Source: Ministeria vibrans ATCC 50519
Taxonomy: Eukaryota; Protista; Filasterea
NCBI GenBank assembly: GCA_943704425.1
Contig: CALSCP010002497.1
Span: 85,626-149,625, forward strand
DNA length: 64,000 nt
Direction: 5' to 3'
The notes under the pieces are model-generated. The model worked only from the letters and a program-made list of their open reading frames with translations, made no database searches and was not told where the DNA came from. Position 1 is the first letter of the stretch. Each line of letters opens with the position of its first letter. The translations under genes and the position numbers were made by a program. Shown in pieces: positions 31,898-43,154 of the stretch.

Positions 31898-33738
31898 TCA
31901 ATCACGTTCAAACCAAATTATATTATCATAAATATTGTACTCTTCTCGCGGTTCGTTTCCGGCCAAATCAGAACAGAGGTAGGTATGTGAGAACACCACA
32001 GTACCGCCTGTCAGTCCCCGTAGATTCGTATTGCGACTGCTCACCTCAATCCGAACAAATGTGTCCTAGAAAAGCAATCAAGGACGAAAATCAGAATAAA
32101 AAATAATTATTAATCATTAATTTTGGCATTTATTTTGGCGGAGAGATTAAAACTAAAGATTGGAGCGTACTTTGGGACCTCTGACGGGAAAGGCAAAGGT
32201 TTCGGCAAAGTGGACAGAGTTGCTGCTGGGCTTGACCCGAACGCGCTTTGACTTGCGCACTTCACTTTCGACAGTCACCGAAAACTGAAACCTACAAAGA
32301 AGAAGAACAACAACAAAAGAAGAAGAAAAAAGAAGAAAGAAAGGTCAAACGTCATAAGAAATAATATCATAGTAGAATAATGTAGGTACTCTGAGGAGCG
32401 CAAACGCGAGTCGATGCCAGCGAGGTCCTTGACGCGGACGACAAAGAGACCATCGGAGGCGCGAAAGTGCTCGTGGAAGGTCGCCTTGCCCATCATGTCG
32501 GCAACGTCAAAAAGAAGGTGCTTGGGATACTCGAGGGCACCGCGAACGGCGTCCGTTGCAACGCTGTGTAGAATAGTGCCAAGCTTGGGGAAGTCGGAGA
32601 GCGATATGTTGTAGCCACCCATGGGGATGGGGATGAGGTCGTACGACACTTGGAGTGGAGGGTCCTGCACAAAGCAAACTTTGACGGAGCGGATGTGCGG
32701 CGCAGGCGAGTAGAACGTAATTTGTGCGTGAAGTTTGCCGTAGAACCGCACTCCAGACACTTTCACGGGAATCGTCAGCAGCATGGGCGCCGCCAGTTTG
32801 ATTCCAAGCACAATTGAACCGCTGGGGGGCATCTAAAGTAGCACAGTCGTATATCACTTGGTACGTCTTGTACAGTGGGTGTTGTCTTTGACGTGCGTCT
32901 GCAATGATCGTACCTGATAGGCCAGTTCGATTTCGACGGTGACCATCTCCTCGTTGAGGCGGCTGTGGTACTGGGGAAGGGGACGAGTAAACTTCTCTTC
33001 GCTCACCGGCACTTTGTCAATGTTTTCCAGAGCAATCACTTTGGCCGAGCGCAAAAAGGGTGCACTTGAATTGCCCAGACGAAAGTGTGAAAAGGCCATG
33101 CGAGACTACGCGTGTCGACACACATTTAGATGAATCGCATGCAGATGCAAAGGCTGCAACACAGAAAGTTCCCTTACGATGCCAGGCACCTTGACGTCGC
33201 TGAGGGTGTCGTCAAGCGCCGCGCGAATGGTGCTGCTCAGCTCTGGCTCCATGTAGAACCAGTATTTGTCGATCAGCGAGTTGATCCATTCAGCCGTCTC
33301 TGAATCGCGTAAGTTCTACAGTGGGAGGAAACGCATAAGTACGTCTGAGGTGTGAGAATTGTTCGTTTGTGCTTCTCCACGCTATCGCGTCGTACGGTGT
33401 CCTTGGCACGCGCACGGGCGTGCTCCTGTTCGAGTTCGTGCAGCACTCGAGCGGCGTGAAGCGACGCGCGCTGGCGAGTGATGCCAACGAAGAGCGCGAG
33501 GAGAAGCAGAAGGAGCGCAAAGGAGAAGCCAAAGGCGCCAATCAGATACGCAACAAGGATTGCGCCTGGTCGAACAAGGAGGGGGGCGTGAGATCGCAGG
33601 AGAAGGGGGGAGAGAGCGAGAGGAATGTGAGAAGCAGAGAGAAGCGATCAAATCGGCCGAGGTGGTACCAAGCGCCTCGTAGAGGATAGGGCGCTTCATT
33701 GAGCGCCAAGTCTTTGGAGAGCCCTTTCCCTCTGGCAT
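31898..33738 (-). CDS. Extended synaptotagmin/tricalbin-like protein (TM + SMP + C2); 3' end uncertain or truncated
   Basis: N-terminal hydrophobic segment, SETAEWINSLIDKYW SMP signature, LSDFPKLG...LEYPK, then C2-like GLFVVRV...FAETFAF. Confidence 0.8.
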
Positions 33739-33976
33739 GGCAGAGTCGAAATAAAAGAAATAATGAAATAATGTAAGAAAAATAAACGAGAGCTACTCAA
33801 TGTCAAAACAAGACAATATACAATATAGGAAAATAAATAGAGAATCGAGAGCTGTACTCAACGTCAAAACAAAACTATATACAAAACAAAGCAGCACAAT
33901 ACGAAGAAAGAAGAAGACATTTATTCCAAAGTTTACTATTATTATTATTCAGTTCTATTGTTCATTCATTTTCTAT

Positions 33977-35979
33977 TCATTCACTGTCCGCTTCTTCGGT
34001 CGCGGGTCCTATAGACACCATCAGGGTATCGAAAAAAAATTTCTCACTAACGCAACCAAGATCGATCTCGCGCGTGTCGGTTGAGTCAAAAGAGTCCGTC
34101 TCCTCCATTTCCATGGTAGGCTTTGTTGCGGCCATCCCATTGGGCAAACTCGTGTGAAACTCCATGTCAGGCATGTTCCTTTTTAAAAAGTGCCCCTTGT
34201 TTTGTTGGAGAAGCGCTATAGGGAGGGGATACTCGAGTATCTCCGCCAGCGGGTCTTTTTGGAGCTTTTTCTCAAAGGTGTCCATGAGTGCGGAGAATGC
34301 AGGCGTTGGGGTGGCGCTTCGCTGGTGCACGCTGGAGAGAACGACCTTAATGTCGCCGGCTGGGGCGCAGTTGTGTGCTGTTACGGTTGGTGTGGTGGAT
34401 GCTGGGAGGAGAGGGTGTTGTGACGGGGATATCGTTTTGCCGTACTTTCGTGGTGCTTTGGGGTATGGCCAGCCCCCCTTCGGCACAACTGATAGGTCAA
34501 CAGACTCGGGTAACAGCTGCCCAAGCGGACCCGACATGTCCCCCAATAATGGTAGCACGTTGGGCAGCGTTGGCGCTGACCGGATCACGTTCAACCTTGG
34601 GCGTGCTAGTGCGGATGGTGCGAATGATGGTGTGGATCCACAAACGTCGAACGATGCCGATTCTGCTGCAGGTACACAACATGTACATGGTGATGCGGAG
34701 GGTGCGGGCACGGAAGCTGATGATGCTGCAAACGCAGATGCAGACGATGTTGATAACAATGAGGATGATGATGATGTGGTCAACGACGTCGATGTTTCTG
34801 CCGCCATTGCTCCCGCCGACCCATTTGGAGTCGTTGCAGAGTCCAACTGTCGGTGTTTTCGCGTGGCGAACAAGTATGAGGTGGTCACATAGGCGGTGAC
34901 GAGGGAAGCTGAACTAGTACGTTGCACTTGTTCTATCTGAAAGGAACGCCGACGCAATGAGCCTCCATGCTGAGCAGAGAAAACCCGTTCCGATTAAAAT
35001 AATAACAATAATAATAGTATAAAATATAATAATAATTAATAATAAATTTTTATAATAATTATTATTAATAATAATAAACTTGCGTGCCTTACCAGCTCAA
35101 TGTGCCTTAAAAGAGATTCTTTGATTTGCTTGGCCTTCACCTGATTGTGACTGTTGATTTTCTTTCGTGTCATTGGGCTGCTGGATGTTCCGCAGCGACC
35201 ATTGATGTAGTCGGCGATCAGTTCATTGCGCCCTACACGGACAACCAGCGCGTTCAAATATTGTCGGAGAACTTTACGGGCTGTGCGCGAAAGCTGACAC
35301 TTTTAACGCACTCAAAAAGTGATACAAAAGACTTGAACTCGTCTCAAGGAGAAATGGAATGAAACATGCGGCGCGTCTCCGCTCCGTTTTTGCCTCATCG
35401 TCCTTTGCACAACAACACCTTTGTACTTCCTTTGTACCTTTCTTCTTTTGTGTCTTTGACTGTGACGTGTATCGCTTTTTTCCAGTAAACGGGTACAGCA
35501 GTAGACTCTCTTGAAAGGTCTACATATCGAAGAGAAAGAAATGAGAAACGCTACGGAATTCTTCAAACTAAGCGAAAACTCAGACGTTGCGACAGCCAAA
35601 AGAAACGAACGCTCTGCATTCTGCATGAACTCTGCATTCCCTTAAAAACACACACACGACGGGGCAAAGCCTTTCTGTGATTCCACTGCAGGCAGTCCAC
35701 ACAACGTCTGAAACACGACAGCAGCATGGTACCGATCGAGCCCGTTAAGACCTTCTTTTTTCTCTTATTTTTTTCTGCATCGTAACAAAGCGCTCCGCTT
35801 CTGCAACAAACCTGAACTATGCAGTCCGAAGCGTCCGGCGACGTGGGAATAGATACATCTGTTAGCCGCGACTGGATTGAGCATGCAGCGGTGAGATGCA
35901 GAAGGTTGGATAACGGGGGAAGGTGTTTTACTTTTAGTCGAGACCAAAAAAAAAACGAGTACAGATAAGAATACGTCAT
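33977..35979 (-). CDS. TEA/ATTS-domain transcription factor; 5' exon structure uncertain
   Basis: Exons ~35438-35519 TFQESLLLYP and ~35093-35232 GRNELIADYI...TRKKINSHNQV match TEA SFQEALAIYP/GRNELIARYI/TRKQVSSHIQV; S/T/P-rich last exon. Confidence 0.8.
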
Positions 35980-36275
35980 GGAGTGCTGGCAGCGCGTCTT
36001 TTCATCTTGAGGGTGGGGGAGGAAAAAGAATGTTTTGGCAGCAAACTGAGCGAAGCCAGGAATCGAATCGAACAGTGCAAGGGAAAATGAAGGTATTGAT
36101 TTCTGATGTGTGTTTTTTCGCTTGGCTGCTTTCTTCTTTTGCGGAAATGAGTAGTTAAAAATGCAAAGAAACTTGCTGGGGACGCATCAACAGTTGGTTA
36201 AGTACGACTTGAGGATAGAGGGAGGGTGCCAGCGCAAAGATGAGAGAATTCGAGAACAAATTGAGAAGCTCAGTA

Positions 36276-36385
36276 ATTTGTCAGTGATCCCTCCGTAAAC
36301 CGAACAAACAACAGAGCTGCAGAAGCAGACATTTGTCAGTGATCCCTCCGTAAACCGAACAAACAACAGAGCTGCAGAAGCAGAC
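36276..36385. repeat. Perfect 55-bp tandem duplication
   Basis: ATTTGTCAGTGATCCCTCCGTAAACCGAACAAACAACAGAGCTGCAGAAGCAGAC at 36276-36330 and 36331-36385. Confidence 0.95.
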
Positions 36386-36659
36386 GAGGGCGCCAGCCAA
36401 GAACGGAGAAGCAAAAGGTAGAGACAACGTGAAGGTGGCTGAATGCGGCTGTGAAAGAAAGCTTTCAGTCAAACAAGTTTCCTGGCTACCTGCTCAGCGT
36501 GCGAGCTCATGTGCCCACACCGTCAAGCCGATGAATAAAATAAAACTGATAACAACTAATAGTAACTATTATTATTATTGTATAAAAAATGTTGTTTTGT
36601 CAAATTTGTCAAGTGAGAGGTGGAGATCAATAAGATTTCTTATTCTTAAGGTGGTTGCT

Positions 36660-36803
36660 GTATCATTTCTAAATGGGTTGTATTCACTATTCTCTATTAA
36701 TAAATGGGTTGTATTCTTCTTCTTCTTATTATAAATGGGTTGTATTCTTCTTCTTCTTCTTATTATTAAGGAAGAAGAAGAAGAAGAAAACAAGCCATTT
36801 ATT
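36660..36803 (+). repeat. Three copies of TAAATGGGTTGTATTC plus one degenerate inverted copy, upstream of the SDR gene
   Basis: Same motif as 12300-12432. Confidence 0.85.
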
Positions 36804-36941
36804 ATTTGTATTAAGGAGAGGTACAAAGAGAGAAAAAAGATGACTTTTCAGCCCAAGAGGAACCAAAAAGGTGCTTGAAGCGTCCATCATTAATTTATTC
36901 ATTATTAATTATTCACTCAATTTTCCGCGGAACCCCTCTGA

Positions 36942-36974
<33 letters not shown>

Positions 36975-37001
36975 ACTACCTAGTTAATACTACAACTCAT
37001 C

Positions 37002-38061
37002 ATGGGCGGAGCGTGGTCAATGGAACAGGCGGAGTCGGTCGAAGGAAAACACATCATCGTGACGGGTGCGAGCTCGGGAATCGGGCTTGAGACGGTACGC
37101 GCGCTGGCACTCGCTGGCGCACACGTCACCATGGCTGTCCGAAACCTCGAAAAGACGGAGCCGCTGCGTGCGGACATCCAGAAGGCAATGAAGGAACCTT
37201 CGCGACTCGACGTGCGGCTGCTTGATCTCTCATCGCTCGCCAGCGTCAAGGCCTTTGCCGCCGACTACCGCGCCGACCACACACACCTGGACATTCTCAT
37301 TAACAACGCAGGCGTCATGATTCCCGTTGGCGAAACTCGCACCAAAGGTTTGCAATTCGACCCAAAAATGTGAGCGCACCAAGTCACTTGTTCCTCTTCT
37401 TCTTCCTCCTCCTCTTCTTCTAGACGATTTCGACGTCCAATTTGGCACCAACCACCTGGGACACTTTGTTCTTACCTCCGAACTGCTTGCCCTGCTCCTC
37501 GCCAACCCAGAACCGTCGCGCATCGTCAATGTGGCGTCGCTTGCTCACAAATTTGCCAAGAAGCAATCGTTCAAGAATGTCGACAACGCCGACAACAAAG
37601 AGCGCTTTCAGCAGTACGCCCGATCGAAACTCGCCAATCTGCTCTTCAGCTTTGGGCTAACGCAGCGTCTGGAGAAGGCCAACGTTGCGCCGTCCAAGCT
37701 GCTCGTCTGCTCGGCGCATCCAGGCTACACATCGACGGCACTCCAGTCGAAGGGCACCACCTTCGAGAAGGGTCTCTTTGTCGTCGCCAACGCAGTCATG
37801 GCCCAGGCACCAAAGTACGGAGCAATGCCGACATTGCGAGCAGCAACCGACCCGCAGGCAAAGCCCAACGGGTACTTTGGACCGCGCGGGATGGGCGAGA
37901 TGACAGGCTATCCCACCGACAAGGCGTACCGCACTGCACTGGCAACGGACACCGAGCTCGGCGACTGGCTCTGGGACTACTCGGTGGACGTTGCCAAGGG
38001 TGCCGGGGCCGTTGACATCAACTCTGTGTTGGCCGAGTGTGCCAGCAGCGAGAAGAAGTAA
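37002..38061 (+). CDS. Short-chain dehydrogenase/reductase (RDH12/WWOX-like), 2 exons
   Basis: TGASSGIG, LINNAGVM, QFGTNHLGHF, YARSKLAN (YxxxK), HPG. Confidence 0.93.
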
Positions 38062-38098
38062 AGCAATATTTTTTTATTCATTCATGACGAGGATACAA

Positions 38099-38270
38099 TC
38101 AACAAAAGGTTAAGAAGGGTTGAAACTCGAAGATGGGGGAGGAAGTAAGTAAGTAAACTATGGAGTATGTACGTACGTGTGTGTTCAACAAAAGGTTAAG
38201 AAGGGTTGAAACTCAAAGATGGGGGAAAAAGTAAGTAAGTAAACTGTAGAGTATGTGCGTACGTGTGTGT
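38099..38270. repeat. Imperfect ~86-bp tandem duplication
   Basis: TCAACAAAAGGTTAAGAAGGGTTGAAACTC...GTAAGTAAGTAAACT...GTACGTGTGTGT occurs twice. Confidence 0.9.
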
Positions 38271-38385
38271 ATGCGTAAGGAAATCTTGGGGCGTGAATTC
38301 CTTCGGGGAATTCAGACTTCTGTTGCGGGTTAATGATTATTATTCGACAAACAACGAAGACGCAGTGTGTACTGGAGATATTTGT

Positions 38386-39087
38386 TCACACTTTCACACT
38401 TCCGGGAACGGGCATTGGGACGCCGTCCTTGGTGGGCCAACCCGGCATGACGCATACATCGCGAAGAGTGTGCACGATTGCGTCGAGTTTTTTCTTGTTG
38501 GCTTTGTCTCCCTTGCGCTTCACGTTGCACAGAGCTAGTATGTCACGCACCTGTTCCTTGATGCGCTTGCTCTCCTCACGCTCGAGACGAGCCCACTCGC
38601 CCGCGCCCACGAGACCAGCCCACTGAGTCATGAGATGTTGCCTGAGAGAGTCGTGGACAAGGCCTTCTGACATGACAATGGCGATCCCCTCGTTCACCAA
38701 CGCTTTGTTGTGTTTGTTCTCCTGCCACTCATTCTTCTTGAAGTTGCACGCAAAGTGCTCTGCTCTGAGTTGTTGGGTGCGGGGAGGGCCCAAGCCAAAG
38801 GAGCTGCGCACTTGCGGGTCCTCAAGGACCACGTCAAGATACGCGTGTGCCACGTCGGTTGAGGGGCCGAACTCAAGCAGAGACTGCTCAAGTTGACGCA
38901 AAAGTTCTTTTCGCGCCTCGCGAAGCTTGTTTTGTGACTGGTTCTGCGCTGTTCTGGTGCGTTTAGGTGTGTCGTTGTCAATTTCGTCGGACGGTCGTTC
39001 ACGTTTGCGCGCAACGTTGACTTCGCACACTTCCGGCTTGGCTTGTGGCGTTGCCTCTTCGTCAGCATCCAGCTGTTGCACTGGCAT
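38386..39087 (-). CDS. Hypothetical protein (233-aa ORF with NLS-like basic segments); ends uncertain
   Basis: Coding-like composition and an ATG start; no family recognised. Confidence 0.6.
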   Translation of the reverse strand: MPVQQLDADEEATPQAKPEVCEVNVARKRERPSDEIDNDTPKRTRTAQNQSQNKLREARKELLRQLEQSLLEFGPSTDVAHAYLDVVLEDPQVRSSFGLGPPRTQQLRAEHFACNFKKNEWQENKHNKALVNEGIAIVMSEGLVHDSLRQHLMTQWAGLVGAGEWARLEREESKRIKEQVRDILALCNVKRKGDKANKKKLDAIVHTLRDVCVMPGWPTKDGVPMPVPGSVKV

Positions 39088-39238
39088 TGGAAGTGTGTGA
39101 GTGATCGCTTTTTCTTCGTGTTTTTTTTTTTTTTTTTTTTTTTTTGTTTTTTTCTTCTTTTTTGCTGTTGTTGTTGTTGTCGTTGTTGTTCTCCTACTAA
39201 CAATAGTAATATCATCATGCCATTATTATTTGTAATAG

Positions 39239-41215
39239 AGCGGCGATTGTGATTCAACGACATGCACGTGGGTTTGTGGCGCGACGAGCGTACCGTCGCA
39301 CACGCAGTGCTATTACCATTCAGAGCTCGTGGGTTGCGTACCGAGTACAGCTGGAGTGGCGTCGAGCACACGCTGTCACTCGTCTCTCCGCTGCCTGGCG
39401 CTCCTTTCGCGCCCGTCAGTGGTATATTTTCTTCCGGGCTGCACGCACCATCCAGACGCGGTGGCGAGCCTACCACCAACGCCAGGTCTTTGTGGTGCTG
39501 CTGGAGCACACCCGCTGTGCCACAACCATCCAGCGACGCGTCCGCGGCTGGCTCGTGCGTCGTAACTGGACTGTCATTGCCGAGCGTGTCAAAGAGAACA
39601 CCGCTCTCCATCGCAAGAATTCTATGATGCGCAACGCTGCCATTTCCATCCAATCAACCTGGAAAGCTTACAGAGTACGGCAACTTTACACGTCTTTATT
39701 ATTTATTAATCTTGATCTTTTTGGATTCCTTTGTTTTTATTTTGGTAGAACAAAAAGATGCATTACATTGTGCTGATCCAGAGCGTGTTGCGACGGCACT
39801 TGGCACTGCGCGACTACACGTGCAAGCACAGTGCTGCAGTGCGCATCCAGCGCTTCTACCGCACTCACATTGCACGGCGCTTTTTTATCCCTGCTGCATC
39901 CTTGTATCATTTCTCGCATGCGAGTCTGCTGGGTCCTCCCCCGCCCCCTGTTCCCGCCACTCTGCGTCATCCTCGTTTTCCCTTTGACCTTGCCCACCAC
40001 TGGCGTCTTGCCAAGGCCGCCAAGTACATCCGCTCGCTCTCCCGCTCTAAAATCCATTCTATGCGCCGTCGCACTCTTGCCAGTGAGCTCATGGGTTTCT
40101 TTAAGAGTGGTTACCTTGGCTCGCTTGCACATACCTTCGCCGGTGACCGACTCGGTACTTCGAAAAAAGAGAAGGAGCGCGTGATTAAACGTGTTTTTTA
40201 AAAAAAATTGTTTGTTAGGATTGAACGCTTCGTCGGGGTCGCGCAATCGGGCGTGGAAACGCGCTGTGGCGACGGCACAAGACGAGGCGGCTATTCCATC
40301 CTCCCCTACGCCCTCCGTCAGCTCCACCATGGCTTTTACCAGTGTCCCTTCGTCGACATCAATCCTCAACGGCAGCCAATCTGCGTCCTCTCCAGCTCCC
40401 ACCAGTGCCACTAACAGCAGTACTGCAACTCGCAAGTCATCGTCACGCTCCAGCAGCATCACGACAACAGATGGGGTGTCGCACGCCCCACATGCTGCTG
40501 TCGCTGCCAATATGCCCTCCCTCACCACTAACGCTTCCAGTGCGTCTATTACGAGCAACTCCAGCCCCATCTCCCCTTTGGCCCAATCCACAAACACCGC
40601 TCTTCCAAGCAGTCCTTCCTCGCAACTCACATCCGTCTGCACATTTGACACGGAAGTCCTCTTCTCGGCACTTGTTCAAAAGAAGAACCGCCACCACAAA
40701 TTCGACTCTGCCTGTGCTCTGGTTGTCACAATCGACGGGCTCTACCGTCTCAACCCAAAGACGTTCAAGCTCAAGACCCGCTCAGACATCACTGCCATTC
40801 GGGCGATCTTTATGAGTCCACACGCAGACGATTACATTATGATTCGCTTTCATGGTACACACTTTGTCATTGTCTCTCGATCCCACACACTCACTCTCTT
40901 TCTCTTTGTTTTAGACCATGATCTCATGTTTGAGTGCAGTGAATATGTTGAGCTCGTGACTGTTCTTGCAGAGGCATTTCGTGCTCAGGCCCCCAACGTC
41001 CCTCTCTTCAATGTTTTCTTTCCTCTAACGTATTCCAACTCTTTTCACACCTTTTTTTTTTCGAAGCTGTCTTCTTAACTTTATTTTGGTCTTTGTTTTG
41101 TAGGTTTGAGACGGGAAATCCCGTTTGGCGATTGGAATTTGTCGGCTCGGAATCCGCTCGAAAATCCTCTTTGCAATATATCGAGAATGGCGCAAGAGTG
41201 TTCTGTCCTATCTAA
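39239..41215 (+). CDS. Class I myosin-like neck and tail (multiple IQ motifs + TH1 domain); motor domain absent
   Basis: IQRHARGF, IQSSW, IQTRWRAY, IQRRVRGW, IQSTWKAY, IQSVLR, IQRFYR; TH1-like ASELMGFFKSGYLGSLAHTFAGDRLG and EVLFSALVQKKNR...LVVT. Begins at a splice acceptor with no upstream exon. Confidence 0.8.
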
Positions 41216-41542
41216 CTAATCTTCCTCTGAAATAAACGCTTTTGTTTGTCAGTCGTAATAGTTTCATTGTTGTTATTCGGAGACATTAATTTCAAGTTTG
41301 TGAGTTGAGTTGTCTCGCACAAGTGCCATTGTGAAAAGAACCGGACGAAACGGAGTCCACAAGTACAGTGAGCTGACAGGGTTACTACTGAGGCCGTCGA
41401 CACTTACACTGGGAGCGTTTTCCGCCGGCGGAACAATTCCATTGCACTGCCGCGATTTTAATAACATTAATATTTTTTATTCATAATAATAATAATAATA
41501 ATGGATGCAGTGCCAACTAGTGAATAAAGGTAGGCGCGCTTC

Positions 41543-42870
41543 TCAAAGGTCCTGATGCTCAAAATCCTAACAGTAGAAAGAAAGAGAGAGAGAGACAACT
41601 GTCAGGCCCAACAAACTCAAAAGACGCACCTAACCAACATTGAATCTAACACTATTGTTCTCCCCACAAACACACACACACACACCCACACATATTAACA
41701 GACCCCACACATACATTCTTCATGATCTCCAGCGAATCCATCGACCCCTGAATGCGCATGTCCCACTCGGACATCCTGAGCTTCATTGCAACTGCGTCCA
41801 CCTTGACCTGCGCATAGAGCGCCTCCGCAAGTGCAAACTCACTGCGTGACGTGTAGTGCTCAGCCATGCGCAACAGACTCTCAATGATGAGTTCGCCAAT
41901 GCGCTCCTTGGGGCTACGCACGTGCTCGTCGACCAAAGGCTCAGCGTCCGCCGCCATCTCTCCCGTCATGACCACTCGCTCACCAGACTCGTCGATCTCC
42001 GAGTGCTCCGGCAACGCCTTCACGTCCGATGCACGCTTGTATTCCGCACGAAGCACTTCAATGTGATCCTCGGCAATCTTCGCCGACTCCTTAAGACGCT
42101 CGCCGGCCGTCGCCGCCTCCTTGGCGATTCTCTCGGCAAACTCGGGATCGTCCTGGTTTTCGCCGTACTGCTCCTGCGGTTCCTGCACAAGGAAATCCGA
42201 CAGCATCATGAGAGCCGTGTGCACCACATCGTGTGTCGGCCCCAGTGCCGCCTGCATGCCTTCCACCGCCTCGCGAAGCACAACAGTGGCCTACGAATAT
42301 CGCAAGAGAGAACCACAGAGAGAAGGGAGGGGGGAGGGAGAAAGAAAGAGAGAGACAGAGAGACAGAGAGACAGAGAGACAGAGAGAAAGAAGGGAGAAA
42401 GAAACAAAGTGATAAAGAGAGAGAGAGAGTGAAAGGAGGGAGAAAGAAACAAAGTGATAGAGAGAGAGAAAGAAACAAAGTGATAGAGAGAGAAAGAAAC
42501 AAAGTGATAGAGAGAGAGAGAAATCAAAAATTCATCTTTGCGCTTTTCTCAGTGATTTTCTAACGTACGCGCGTGAAGTTTCCAGTGCGACTGACCACAT
42601 TGGCATACTGGATCTTGGACTGGGCGACAACCTCGCTGTTGCGGCCCAGCGCGCCCTCCTTGAGCTCCACAGCCTCTGCGAGAGTGCCGATCGCCCGCTC
42701 CACCTCATCGCTCTCCGTCTGCAGCATTCCCAGCGACTCCAGCGCATCCGCGTAGTCCAGGGGGGACAGCGTGTCGCGGTTCTGGTATGCAAGCAGCTCC
42801 TGGATCTGGCTGACTCCCTGCAGACCAAACGCCAAAGCAAAAGTGTCACAAACCCACAACACACACAAGT

Positions 42871-42914
<44 letters not shown>

Positions 42915-42978
42915 ATTGAGTGTCAGACAATATTGACCGCTTACCGGTCGCATAAGAGCGAGTGGTGATCCTCAACAT
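41543..42978 (-). CDS. TPR-like (kinesin-light-chain-type repeats) protein, probably mitochondrial; 3' end uncertain
   Basis: Presequence-like MLRITTRSYAT; repeats LAEAVELKEGALGRNSEVVA and LREAVEGMQAALGPTHDVV. Confidence 0.65.
42305..42525 (-). repeat. CTCTATCACTTTGTTTC minisatellite (reverse strand) in an intron of the TPR-like gene
   Basis: GAAACAAAGTGATA occurs four times on the plus strand. Confidence 0.9.
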
Positions 42979-43154
42979 GGTTAAAGGCGAGGTCAGGAGA
43001 TGTACAATTATATTTGTAATTTGAATTTTCTTCTTTGATCATTGAAGTAATTTTATATGAGTCGTTCTTTTGTCATTCGCACGTGAAATATCGCTCGTCA
43101 AAAAAAAAATCCAAACTTGATCAAGAAAACCAAATTAATCACTTATTCGCTTTG

